From: Lama glama
Taxonomy: Eukaryota
NCBI GenBank assembly: GCA_028534125.1
Contig: CM052817.1
Coordinates: 79,486,001-79,550,000 of the forward strand
Direction: 5' to 3'
Length of the DNA stretch: 64,000 nucleotides
In this document: positions 11,781 through 24,269 of the stretch, piece by piece
How positions within the stretch are numbered: the stretch's first letter is position 1
Layout of the letters: the number at the start of each line of letters is the position of its first letter
Program-made: the position numbers and the translations under genes
The notes under the pieces: generated by a model
Told to the model about the DNA's origin: nothing
Seen by the model: only the letters and a program-made list of their open reading frames with translations
Database searches by the model: none

Positions 11781-12238
11781 CTCCCAAGAATCTTGAGAAA
11801 TTATAAGGTGGTTTTCATTGATTAAAACTGTGCTGGATGCTGGGAACAGGAAGGAAACAGAAGCACCATTCTTGCCAGCAAGGACCCAATAGTTTGAGAG
11901 GACAACTTTTTTAAGGTGACACTTGGAGTATGTTTTAAAGGTAGGGTTTGACCTGTGGAATCCTCTGACTACAAAATCATGCTCTTTGCATAAGTACAGT
12001 CAGTGGTTTTGAAATCTTTAGAAGACTTTGGAAACTGTGGTCATATTCTAGTTTTAGGAGTATTGTTTATTTGAAAACTTTAAAGAAGGAAATGTAATAC
12101 TGGAGTGATGTTAAAGATTTTCCTTGTGTGTGTGCATGTGCAAGTGCGTGTGTAATCAAATCATTTGATTTGAAATGGTGAAACTGCTGATAAAGCCAGA
12201 ATATCTTGTATAATTAGTTAAAATGGTGTTCTTTTCAG

Positions 12239-12326
12239 GTTTGTTAAGATGCAATACTGCAGGCAGGCCTTCTGAAGATCAAGAAAAGGAAAAACAACAT
12301 TACAGACTTTGGAAAAAAAACCTTGG
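12239..12326 (+). other. BLTP1: Probable BLTP1 5'UTR exon 2 (88 nt)
   Basis: Acceptor GTGTTCTTTTCAG|G and donor TGG|GTAAAT bracket a purine-rich, non-repeat segment; no transcript evidence available. Confidence 0.55.
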
Positions 12327-13394
12327 GTAAATATTTTGGGTTTTCAATTCAAGCTCAGATAGAGGAAATCTGACTTTCTGCTTCAGTTGTCATTTAACCT
12401 GCTTAAATGGTCTAGGAGTGGGGGTGGGGTGGTGTATAACATGACCTGTCATTTTACCTGACTTTTGAATTATGCTATGTGACTGATAGTTGAGTCATGT
12501 GGTTAGCTTATGTATTGGCAGGAGAAAGCCAAAGGAAGGATTAGCTTGATTCTCTATCAGGTGTCAACTTTCTTTCTTCTCTTTTGCTTGCTCATTAATC
12601 TGCCCATTTTATAAAGGATTTTAAAAAGAAATGAAGAAAATTAGTTGACTTTTGGTTTGTTCTTCATAGAATATTGTGTATGGTTGAACTTAAGTTTGCT
12701 TTTCACTATGAGTCCTATGGAGAATAGTGGAAGACATGGTTAAACATGATTAAGAAAATCTTAGTTCATTTTATAAATATTCATTGAGTACCATACATCA
12801 GCCATTTTTTCAGGCTTCTAGTAAGAATAGTGATCATCAGAGTCCTGGAGGGTACTAGAGTAGTGAATTTTTCTCTGGAAGGTAATTGTGAACCTGTACT
12901 TCTTTAAAAAAAGTTTTATATACAAGGATGTTTTTGGTTTATGTAAAAGACTAAGAAAACAGCACTACTCATATGGTAAATATTTTCATTTGTAATAAAC
13001 CTTTCATGTTATTTTGTTAATAAAAGAGAATTTGAAGATAGAGGAATGAGGGAGAAGAATTGGTGAAGCATCGTCATTGACCAAGTTGGAAGGGATGGAA
13101 TACAAGGATTCAGGTCAAGGGTGCTATAGATGGACCTCTGTGGAGATAGGAGAGAGGAGGTGGTGACGGTTATGGATATGGATAAATTTGAAAGAAGTAG
13201 AGTAGAGTTTGAGCCACAAAGTTCTTACAAGACACTCCCACTTATGATAGAAAGAGGATATATTTCACTCATGTGATTGGTAGTTTTCTTGGTGTGGTAT
13301 TGACTGACTCCTCATTTAGCTTAAGATGGCAGGTATGAACCATCAGGATAGAGATACATGTGTATATCTTACAAAATTACCTTTATTCTACTCT

Positions 13395-13890
13395 TATCTA
13401 TTGCAGAGTAAGAAATTATCCCAAAACTTAGTGGCTTAAAACATTTATTATCTCAGTGTTTCTGTGGGTTGGGAAATTGGGAGTAATTAAACTGGTTGTT
13501 TCTGGCTTTGGGTCTCTCTGAGGTTGTAGCCAAGATCTTGGCTGGGACTTCAGTCACCTAGTACTCATTTGGGGATGGAGGATTTGCTTCCCTAATGGCT
13601 CATTCACATGGCTGTTGGCCGGAGGCCTCAACTCCTCAACACATTGGCCTCTCTGGGGCTTCTTAAGTGTCCTAACAAGGCAGCTGTCTTCCCCTAGAGC
13701 AGATGATCCAAGAGAGAGAGCAAGGAGGAAGCTATGATGCCATTTTTGACCTAGTCATACACCGTTGCTTTGCCATATTCTTTAGAATTGAATCACTGAG
13801 TCCAGCCCACACTTGGGAGGGGAATGAATTAAGCTCTACCTCTTGAAGGGAGGAATATCAAATAATTTTTGGACATATTTAAAAACTGCC
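13395..13890 (-). mobile_element. MLT1 (E/F/G-type) MaLR solo LTR
   Basis: CCCAAAACTTAGTGGCTTAAAACATTTATTATCTCA...GGCTCATTCACATGGCTGTTGGC...CCAAGAGAGAG...TTTAAAAACTGCC antisense MLT1 pattern. Confidence 0.8.
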
Positions 13891-14329
13891 GCCCACCTTC
13901 TATCAATTGTCAGTTTCTTTAGGGGGAAAATAAGCTCTTTAAAAATATGAAGTTACAGCATTTCTGACCAGGTGAAAGAGAAGTACAGAAAAGTGGGGAG
14001 GTGGTTCAGTCAGATATGGCCCACTTTACAATATGGCCTCCTTTGCAGCTACTTAGGCTCAATAACTTGCTGTGTTGCCTCTTGTAGTTAATTTTAAAAA
14101 GTGATTGCTGACCTTTGATTTAGTGGAGGAGTCTTTTAGGGGGAAAAAAGCCATAGTGGGCAAAATATGAATTTTTTTATATCAAAATATGGATTTTGGT
14201 AACATTCAATATTAGCTCCTAAACTAGAATTTAGAGCTGGAAGGTAGGAACTCATTTTTCATAGTAAAGAAATTGAGGACTAAAAGATTATTACAGGCTG
14301 ATTTCTATGAACATATATAAGAGGCAATA

Positions 14330-14555
14330 TAACACTAAACTCTGACTCTAAAACCAGGCTGTCTAGATTCAAATCCCAAATCTGCCATGTCTTAGCTGTA
14401 TTTGTGCCTAGCTTCTCACTTCTCACTGTCACAATTTTCTCATCTGTAAAATGGGGAATTATAAATAGGTAGTTACTGTTATTTCTGACGATTAGATGAG
14501 TAAATACACGGAAAGTGCCTGGCACATAGTGAGCAGTGAGTTAGTGTTAGCCATT
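14330..14555 (+). mobile_element. MIR SINE
   Basis: TTCAAATCCCAAATCTGCCA...CTCATCTGTAAAATGGGG...GTGCCTGGCACATAGT. Confidence 0.85.
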
Positions 14556-16049
14556 TTGTGATAGATGTATCTCATCATTATAATGGTGAGTTAATACTGT
14601 GCAATGAACATTTTAAAGACTAAGATAGCATTGTCCAAAATGCTTACAGTCTAAACTTTAAACTATTGACCTTATTGTACTTTGTTACTTTTTATGTAAA
14701 TGTAAGATATGTTTCTATCCAGCTCCATATCCATTTAAAATACTGTGTCAGATGTCACCAGTAGTATTGTATAAGGCCATATCTGCTTAAAACTCCCTGA
14801 AGTAGCCTCTTTTTGTTATAGTATGTACATAAAAGTTGAATTTCGATTGTAGCAGTGTTCTCAGCTCACAGGAATTGGCTGTTAAACGGAGCTGTTGGGC
14901 TCTCTGCATAGCACCAGGCTAATAAAAAATATTGTCTTTGAACTTAATATGATGGATGTTGGTAAAAACACATGGCCAGTTTCTTCCTCCCTCTCTCTTC
15001 ATATCGAAAGACCCTACTTTAGTGGGTGAGTATTTTGAAAATGTGTTGGGTGGGGTTTTTTGATGTACGTGACTTAAGGCAGAAGGTAACAGAAGATTAA
15101 GGGCCAGATAAGAAAGTGGAAATACTAGTTTTATTACAAGGAACCTTCTTTAGGATTTTACTTTGCTGATGCTAGCCTTTTAAAAGTTCTATGCCTTCTG
15201 GTGTATCAAGATGGAAGGGATATATAGAATTCTTGATTAAAAGAATTAACAGTAACTTGGAGATTGTGTTCACCAGCCATTACAAAAAGTGAAAATAAAA
15301 CTGCACAACTCATCAATTTATGGGATATAGAATTGGGAGGATTAAGCTTTTCACTCATGGCAATTTCTGTTGATGTCTTTGTATGCCAGCCACATTGAAG
15401 AATGCACTGAAGGTAGTAATTACTTCTGGTGGAATATTTAGAGGTGGGTGATAGTTAGAAATCATGGTTTTCTGTTGGAGAGGTTGAAGTTAGCTCTTCT
15501 GGCCCCATTATTAGTAGATATGCTTTGTACAGCTTTTCAAGAGTTTTGTTTTGTTTTTTGTACTTTTTATGAGTGTTTAGGTGAACCAGCATACATTTGT
15601 GTCTATGTAAGTGAGAACTGCTAAAGTGCAATATTTTTGTTGGATGTTATGTCTTCTTGGACATTAAAAATTCTTCTGTGTGTAACGTGAGGTTACATTT
15701 GCTCAGTTTGCTAATTCATACTGTTTAAATCGTTGGTCACCATATCTGAGTTAATACTTCAGCAGTAGTTGCCTGGTGACCAGTATGCTTCGGTATTTGA
15801 TCTGCTTTTAAGAATCTCAATGGTATTTGTAGAACTATGTTATTCATATTAACTTAGTACATTTTTGATTGTCATTTATGTCAACTAATTTCTTTTGGTT
15901 ATAAATTTCTGTTATTTAGTTAAATATATCTTTTTCTCTTTTGTAAGGAATGAGACACATTTTAGTCATTGTTTGCTGGTATGCTTTTTTTTTTTTTTTT
16001 AGCTTTCACCTTGTGTTGAACTGATTTTTTAAAAAAGAACATTAACAGT

Positions 16050-16240
16050 AGGTTAGTTACCACTGAGAGTGTGTTTCTTGTCAAGCACTTTGCTATGAGT
16101 TTTATGTTTGCTCTCTTAAGAAGAGAGGACCATTTTACCACTTGGAAACAGGCTCAGTGAGATTCAGCAACTTGCTCAGGTCATCTCACAGCTAAGGAAG
16201 GGATGGAGCGAGCTTTCCATTTCAAATCTGCTTTAAAGCC
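16050..16240 (-). mobile_element. MIR SINE (diverged)
   Basis: CCATTTTAC...GGAAACAGGCTCAGTGAG...CAACTTGCTCAGGTCA. Confidence 0.65.
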
Positions 16241-17399
16241 TGCTCTGCCAGGATAGCCCAGGACTTCTGTTACTTCTGCTTGAGTGTTATTTTACCACCT
16301 AATTCTGTTGGGCTTTAGCGTTAGCTAATTAGGTGAAATTGTGTTTGTTGCATATAGAATTCTGGGGCTGAAAGGGACCTGGAATGACTAGCTGGGGAAA
16401 AGAAATACCTAATATGTTTGACTTAAGAGGATAATTGTCTATTTTGTTTGTTTAAACGAACAAAATAGGACATTATACAATTTTACCTTATGTACACAGA
16501 GCTGCCGACCCTGGCCAAATTTGTTAAGGAAGCTAAGTTTGCTTTTTTGGCTCACCATTTCCTTTTTAAGGTTTTCCCCATCTTGGGAGATCTTGGGCCT
16601 TTTGTGATATTCATGGGTCCTGTTTGTTAATGAGAAAAGTAATCTAATGAACTAATTTTACTAATAACTCATGATAATAATTAATGATGGCTATTATTGA
16701 GATACTATAAAGGTATCTTTGCATTTAAAAAGGAAATATTGGTTGGTAGTCTATTTGAAGAAATAGATGATAAGATTTAGGGCCTTGTATCCTGATGAGC
16801 AAAATTTTTTAGGTGTAGAGGGCCCTTCAAATCACTGTATGCTCAGTCACTAATACCAACCTTTTTATACATTCCAGTACTATCTTAAATGTAAATATTT
16901 ACGCATGTCTTTTATGTGAGATGTTCAATTGCAGGTACTTCTGTTTTGTATGTTTTATTTGTGTGACATCATAGAATTGGAAGGAGCATCACAAAGTCAT
17001 TTGTTTCAGGCCCTCTGCCTTTAGATTGGTGAGTACTCGGACTACTTGAGCTATTGTAGAAACAGTTCAGATGAATTAAACACTCTTGAAACTTCACTTT
17101 GTATAAAAATGTTGTAATCTGATTTATATTTTACTTTTGCTTTGGGGATGTCATTGTGCCACAGGAAAGGTGAGCCATCTGTCTAGGCAGTTCCTTTGGT
17201 ATTTAATGAGACCGTTGGGTCAATTACCTGGCTTCTTAATTGTTAAAGAAGACATAAATGACTTTGAAATTGGGACCCCTACACAAATATCTTAAAATAA
17301 TTTCTTACATATGTGCAGAAACCAAACTGTAACTGACAAGTTTTCAAGTAGGTACATATTTTGTACCAGTAAGTATAAATCAGTCAAGTTTGGCCCATG

Positions 17400-17860
17400 G
17401 ATAAACAATGCAGAAATGTGTACAAAGTACATACTTCACAGAATTTCTGGTATACAGAATGCTGCTATGTGCTAATAGGTATTCAAGCTTGATGATGAAG
17501 AGAATATGAATGTTGATGAAGTTCAAAAGAGAGCTATAAAGCTGATTTATTTTCTAACTTTTAAAACCCATGTAGTTTCCTTTATGGAAAAGGAACTGTG
17601 ATTAAATTCAGAGAACTTTAATGTAATTGTCTGAAGATATGTGAATGCCTTTTATACAAATAATTGTGACTTTATTGTTGTAAGAGGGATTTGAGTATGA
17701 TTAATTTTTCTCCTTCATTTTTGTTATATTTGGAATTAGGTTATCAAAGTGTTGAATATCCTCTTAAACTCAAGCAAATGAAAGCTAAATTTTCTTGAGT
17801 GTGGAAAAGACCACTTAGGAATCTCTTTGGCCTTGAATACAGTGGAAATACTTCCTTATC
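17400..17860 (+). mobile_element. Possible L3/CR1 remnant
   Basis: GAAGTTCAAAAGAGAGCTATAAAGCTGATT and GTCTGAAGATATGTGAATG resemble CR1/L3 3' ORF2 DNA; highly diverged. Confidence 0.35.
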
Positions 17861-17904
17861 TTTGGCAATAACTCGTAATTATGTACTTTTTATAATGATG
17901 CTTT

Positions 17905-18075
17905 TTTCATTCATTTATGAAAAAAGTATTTATTGAGAGACTACTGCATATCAGAAACTTTTCAGTTATTGCACATTTAAGTGAGTAGGGCAAAGACATT
18001 GGTAAAGAGCAGTTAGCTGTCTAGTGGGGGAGACAGACGTCTAAATTGATAATTACAATGCAGTGTGATAACTGC
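17905..18075 (-). mobile_element. L2 3' end
   Basis: TTCATTCATTTA...TATTTATTGAGAGACTACTG...GTCTAGTGGGGGAGACAGAC antisense L2 tail. Confidence 0.7.
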
Positions 18076-18079
18076 TATA

Positions 18080-18370
18080 ATTACCACTGTGGGCATCTGG
18101 AGCTCACTACCACTGGGGAACTCTGGGAGACCAAATAAAATATGCCTCAGCATTATCCCAAGCCAAGAGCAGGGAAGCTGCAGGTGTTTACCCACCAACT
18201 TCCTAGCCATCGTTGACATTAACTCTGGCGTTTCTGGCTCACCCTGAGGACAAACTGAGCATGTTCGTGCAGTCAGAAATCCTCCCACAGTAGGGTGTTA
18301 CAGGTGTTCAGAATGAATAATCTTCCTGTGTAGAGGTGAATGTCAGCAGTATATGGGCAAGACGCCAGTG
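18080..18370 (-). mobile_element. LTR16-type (ERVL) LTR fragment
   Basis: Reverse complement contains CTCCCAGAGTTCCCCAGTGG...GAGCTCCAGATGCCCACAGTGG, which I recognise as LTR16-like. Confidence 0.6.
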
Positions 18371-18384
18371 GCATTGGTTACCAG

Positions 18385-18640
18385 TATCAGGCATTTAAAC
18401 AGAATATTACCTAGTACATGCCCAGCATTGTTTTAAATGCTTTGCATATCTGAACGCATCCATTCTCACTATATAACAGTGAGGTAGGTACTATTAGTGA
18501 CCTCATTTTACAGATGAAGACGTAGAACGCAGAGAGCTTAGATAACTTGCCCATGTTCAAGTTACCTAACCTCTGTAATGTCAGAACTGGTATTTGAACC
18601 CAAGTGGTCTGGTGGAGTCCATGCTGTCAGTCTGTATAAT
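18385..18640 (-). mobile_element. MIR SINE
   Basis: GAGGTAGGTACTATT...CATTTTACAGATGAAGA...TAACTTGCCCA...ATTTGAACCCAAG. Confidence 0.85.
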
Positions 18641-19119
18641 GGTCTGCTTTTGGAACAATCCAGTCTGAAGCAGGACCTTTTGATTGTACTGTTTTCTCTT
18701 GATAACTGCTTCCTCTTTCTCCCTCCCTCCAGTGCCTTTCCTTTTAGTGTTCTTTACTTCCTTCCTTGTTTGTAGCTTACCCCTCCCGCTTTTCTAGAGC
18801 AGTACAGCTAGTCTTCCTTCCATTCTTACACTCAAGGCTATCAAATCGAATAGTTCTTGCTAAGATGTTAAGTGATCTTTCTGATGTTTTGATGGAGGCT
18901 TTGAGTTTGATATTGCTTGGTACTTCCACTTTAATTTTTAAAAAGACAAGGATTTAAGAACTATAGAAAGACATGATGGTGGAATGACAGATGATCAAGT
19001 TGATACTTTTGGGTTGGGAGTCACCTGTTCCTTGGCCATAGTTACAAGGAGAGGCTAAGAGATGCAAGAAAAGCCCCTTTCCCGCCTGTTGTGTCCTGTC
19101 TTCCAGCCACTACCTTCCC

Positions 19120-20000
19120 TTTTTCTTTTTAAATTATGAAAGTATTACATGTCAGTTTTAAAACATTTGAATAATACTTAGTTATTTAGAGTATAAGTGA
19201 AAGTCCTTTACTGATTCTTCTTCCCCCAAATCTCCCATTGCTTCTTAGAGGTAACCACTAACGTCTTTGCTAATGTTTTTGCCAATTAATAAAACTATGT
19301 ACATATATACACACCATATATATGTACATGTATACATACTGTATGTATATATATATACATATGTGGTATATATGTGATACACAGAATGGATAGTCTTTTT
19401 TTTAAACATAAGTAGAGTACTATACGTCTTGTTGTTCAACTTGCTTTTCCCCTGCTAACATTACATATATCCTGGACATTTCTCTGTATTATCACCTATT
19501 GAGCTATTTTATTCTTTTAAAAAGGCTGCATATTATTTCACATGGTAAGAGTATTTCATACGGTTAAAGTTTTATTTATTTAACAGTTTTCCTATTAATT
19601 GAAATTTTTTTCTGTTTTCTCAGTTTGACATATAATGCTGCAGTGATTGTCCTTGAAAAAACATCTTGGTGTCTGAGTAAGTATTTCTGAGAAATAGAGC
19701 CTTAGAACTGAAATGCCCAAGTCAAAGCATCTACATTTTCATAGGTTCTGATAATTGTTCTTCTCAAAGGCGGTTTATTCCCATCAACTGTGTCTGAGTG
19801 CGCCCACCAGTGTTTGCCCATACTTTTGCCAATATAGTTGTTTGTAATCTTTCTAATTTTCGCTTATATGACTACTGGGTAATAAATTGTGATTGTTCCC
19901 AATTGCAAGTGGTATTCTCTTTCTCTGTGAATTGCCTGTTTTTGTATTTTCTCATTAAAAAAAATCAGATTATTTGTATTTTTTGTATTGATTTGTAGAA
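19120..20000 (-). mobile_element. Old L1ME-type 3' region with an embedded TA/TG low-complexity tract
   Basis: AGAGGTAACCACT, CAACTTGCTTTT, TTATTCTTTT...GCTGCATATTATTTCA, TAATGCTGCAGTGA antisense L1M motifs. Confidence 0.6.
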
Positions 20001-20649
20001 ATGACCTATTCCTGTAGGACCAAATCAAGATGCGGAGTTCTATCTTTAATAGTCTGTTGATGCAAGTGTATTTTCGTTCCTTTATGCTAGTGGGAGAGAA
20101 AATAGGTTGAATGTAGTATTTGTAAAGACTTTACAGGTAATTCATTTTGAAAAGTAGTCTTTTTTGGAAAGCCTATTTCTAGAAATGGTGGCATTAAATT
20201 AGGAACTTTGATAAATCTCTAGTTGGTGCTGTGTTTGATTAAAGTGTATAACGTTTTCATACTTTTCTTGAAATATCACTAAAATAATAATTGCCACACT
20301 TTCTTTTCTAACGTGGACAGCAGTTTTGAAATGAGCATCATGGATTTCAGGAAGAATGAAGAGAGTAGAGATGAATCATGAAAATATTGAGAGGACACAT
20401 CTGAAAACATGTAGATCAGTGTTACTTTCTTATCTAATAGATAAACGTACCATTTAAAATGATATGATAGTTGAAAACAGTGGCTTTGTTCAAGGATGTC
20501 ACTGGTACTGTGAATACAAAGATGAATTAAACAGTCTCTGTTGGTCATTATCAGGAGAGAGTCAAGATAGATTTGATTCAGGTTACGCATCTTTGACAGG
20601 GATGCCATGGAAATGACGCTGTTTTCTTCTATTAAGAAGTGCACAATTT

Positions 20650-21820
20650 TGATTTATCCCTGTATTGATGCTGTTTACTTTGATCACCTAATTAATTGCC
20701 AGCTTTCTCAGAGTTCCTCTTTTCCCCTTTGACAATAATTATTTTGGCAGTTATTTTGAGAATATTTGAGTATCCTGTTACTCATCAAAATTTAATTGAT
20801 TGTATTTGTGTGGACTCATAGATTTGTTTTTATTAAGTGGGTTGTAATTTACTACTCTTACTTATTCTGATGACTAAATTATCTCAGTTTTGCCAGTGGG
20901 AGCCTCTTCAAGCTGGTTTCTGTTTCCTTCTGACATGTTCCAATCATTCTTTGAACACTTCTTTCCTTTCTGGAAAACAAGGTTCGCCTTGACTTACCCT
21001 GCCTTAGCTGTGAAATCAGCCATTTCTTCAAGGAGCCCTCTTAATAGAAAATGGTTTTTAGAAGCAAAATTATCTGCTCATTTTTATTGGTGTTGCTGCT
21101 CTCAGGGCTTGTTAATAAACATATACATATATGCATTTACAACTATATTTATTTCTATATCCATTTGTATTGAAAGCCACACCTCCAGTTCTTAGCCAAC
21201 ACCGCAGGGTTAATTCTAATTCTCTCCCTTTATATGTCCTCTAACAGTGAGAAACTTGGCCCCATTTTTCCTGTTATGTTTACTTACTTGGTTAATCCCT
21301 TTGCCCATGCACTGCATGGGCTGTCTCCCAGGTGTTTGCCCTCCTTATCCTGCTCCTGCATCAACTCATCGCTCCTGAGCCCTCCTGCATGGAAACCCTG
21401 CTTGTCCCTTTGGGGTCTGATGCCTTCCTCCTGGGTTCTGACCCCTTGCACCAGGCAACCTCCCTGTGCACTCTCACCTGGGCTTTGACACCTTGAGCTG
21501 GACTGTTTCTCCTACCCCTGTCCCTCCGTCTGGATGCCCTCTTCCTCCCACTCAGGCCCCGGCACCCTGCGCCTGACCTCTTCCCTGCAAGTATGATCTC
21601 TTCATCCTGCCACGGCTTTGATACCCTGAAATACTGCCACCGTTCCACTAGCCTCTTCACCACACAGGTGGATATTTAATTTACCCCTATTGGGCTCTGA
21701 CATCCCACTCTAGGCCAGAGATTCCTATCCCTCTCTTCCCACGTGCAGATGCCTGCTTTGCCCTGCTTCACCTTATGGCTTTTAGACTGAACTGTTCAGG
21801 AAGGGAAGAGGAAGGGAACA
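20650..21820 (-). mobile_element. Old L1MC-type 3' region followed by a C/T-rich degenerate tract
   Basis: GTGGACTCATAGATT, TTTTGCCAGTGGGAGCCTCTTCAAGCTGG, AATCAGCCATTTCTTCAAGGAGCCC and CAGTGAGAAACTTGG motifs; whether the C-rich 21300-21800 part belongs to it is uncertain. Confidence 0.6.
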
Positions 21821-22475
21821 ACCAGTTTATTTTTTATTCCATCTTTCACTCCATGAAGATTATGCAGTAGGTTCTTACATGCCTACATTTTTCATGTCTG
21901 GTCACACTTTGACAGTATATTATAATTTATCCTGAGCATCTGGTAACAGGAGATCTGCTTACTGTCCAAACTATCCAGAGTGAATCCAAGTTAGGAAGAT
22001 TGTTTCCCCATGGAATAATGAGAATACGTAGCTCATGGGGGTTAAGAAGGATTATTCTAACTTAAATATGAATGTATTACTAATGGCAGCCCTTGGGACA
22101 AGTCTAGAAGAGTTTGTGTAATGTAGATGATCAATACTTCCTCCTTACTATTGTAATAAGTATCTTTAATTAGGTTTAAGAATAGTCGTGTCCCTCTTAT
22201 TTTGAGCCAGAGTATAGTAACTGAACCTGAGTCTATTCAGACCTAGAATTGTGAAATCAGGTTATTGAAATATGATATATTGTTTTCTATTTTATGTAGA
22301 GATGTGGACATGTTTGTTACATTTTTGTCTTATTATTATTGAAGAAACAAGAATGTGATTTAATAGACTTTCACATTTGTTAAATTCACCTTTTTTCTCC
22401 CTTACATAGATTAAATTCTAAATTTAACCTTTGAACTCTTTCAGACCTTTAGATGCTTCTGGAAAAACTTCAGTA

Positions 22476-22572
22476 ATGGATCAAAGGAAGAATGAGAGTA
22501 TTGTTCCTAGTATCACTCAATTAGAAGATTTTCTTACAGAACACAATTCCAATGTTGTTTGGCTCCTTGTTG
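22476..22572 (+). CDS. BLTP1: BLTP1 coding exon 1 (MDQRKNESIVPSITQLEDFLTEHNSNVVWLLV)
   Basis: Matches the KIAA1109/BLTP1 N-terminus as I recall it; ATG in GTAATGG context; donor G|GTAAGT; candidate acceptors end at 22444 and 22452. Confidence 0.96.
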
Positions 22573-23314
22573 GTAAGTAGAATATAGTTTTTTGTACTTT
22601 AGTGTTTTTTATGTGTGGATTAATAATTGCCAAGTTTTAATCAGTGGTTGATTGAAGCCAGAATGCTTACATTACCCTTAGTTTATTTTTTGGAAAGAAG
22701 ATTTTATTCTACATTTCTGTGAATATTTGCTCTGAAAACTGCTCTGGAAGGCTCTTTTCCTTAGATTGTCTCCTCGCCTGATTTAGGGGAGGTGGGATGA
22801 GAAGAAAGACACTGCACGTGTCAACTTATCTTTCCTGCTTCAGGTCCACTCCTCCATTCCCCATCCCAACACATACACACAAACACTTTTAATTGTTTTA
22901 TTGTAAAAGTGATAAATCCTCATGGTAAATATGTTTTTGCCTAATTAATCTTCTCTTCTCTTTCCTCACTCCTTACACGCTTAGCAATGGGCTTTTCCAA
23001 TATAATTTTTTTGTCTTATAGTCTAGGTCTTTTCTAGGTATATACTAATAATAGAAAAGAGTGTATCATTAAATTGCAGACAGAGGGAAGGAATATGAGT
23101 GAATAAGTGAATATGAACAAATGAGAAGGAGAAATACAAATATAATACCAAGGAAAGGAGAGCTTACTAAAGGCTGTTACTGCCCAGGAAATTTTTGTGG
23201 AAGAAATGTATTTTGAACATTATATTGATTTGAATTCCAGCACAGGAATTAGAAAGGTATAGAGAGGAAAGTAGGAAGGGTAAGATGGGGGAAGAGAGGA
23301 AAGGGAGAGTGATG

Positions 23315-23505
23315 ATACGTACTGAGCGTCTTGTGTGCCCCGTACTGCGGGCATTCTGAATATGTTGTCTCGCTTAACGCTCACAGCAGACTTAGGAAGT
23401 TAAGTGTCATTTTCTTAATAGCATGTTGGGGAATTGAGGCCCGTGGGGATTAAACAACCTGTACAGCTGTGTTTTTCTGAGTGCAGGCTTATGCTTCTTT
23501 CATGA
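23315..23505 (-). mobile_element. MIR SINE (diverged)
   Basis: TACTGAGCGTCTTGTGTGCC...CTTAACGCTCACAGCA...GAATTGAGGCCC...TTAAACAACCTG. Confidence 0.55.
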
Positions 23506-24269
23506 CACTACAGAATGTGTAGAAGGGATACGGATTCACTTTAGAGGTGAGGTGTATGTAAGAGGAATTATAATGATTTGTGATTTACAGGTCAGATCAG
23601 GTTACCATTTAAACTTCAAATTACATTTTTTCTGATTGATGAAAGTGAACTATTGAAAATTATCATTAATGAAAACTCAACGTTAAATGCAATGCGAAAC
23701 ATTTGTATGAAGTATAACTTCATAAAAGCAGCATTGAAAATTACCTTTTAGTTTAATTACAGGCAGAATTCTTTATTTCCTATGTGTCTCCTTTCCTGTC
23801 ACCTAGAATTTCTCTGACTTTTTCACATTGTATACAGCTCCTTTCTTTAAGGCAAAAACACAGTAAAATGACGAGAAAAACACTGAGGGATTGTTTAATC
23901 CTTCTGTTTTACTAATGGCCTTATGAGTTTTAAAGGGGTGGGAGGACATGATACAATAAAAAGGCCACAATTCTCAGGTACTGCTTGGAAGCTTACTCTC
24001 TCAGCAAATACTTTTTGCCTTTCTGAAGGGCCCATAATAACCTGCTATTCACAGAGTGATTGACAGTAAAAATTAATACAAAATGAGTTTAAACTTAAAA
24101 CATAATGTCATATCATCAAAATAACTGTTCAAAAGAATTGTAGAAGTATTTTTTATGGGCAAATCATAGCACTTGCTACATCAAAGCTATTATCAATCTC
24201 AGCTACCTTGAGGAATGTTGTTTTTTCACTCTCAGGGACTGCTGCATTTTATCTGTTAAATAGTTTTTA

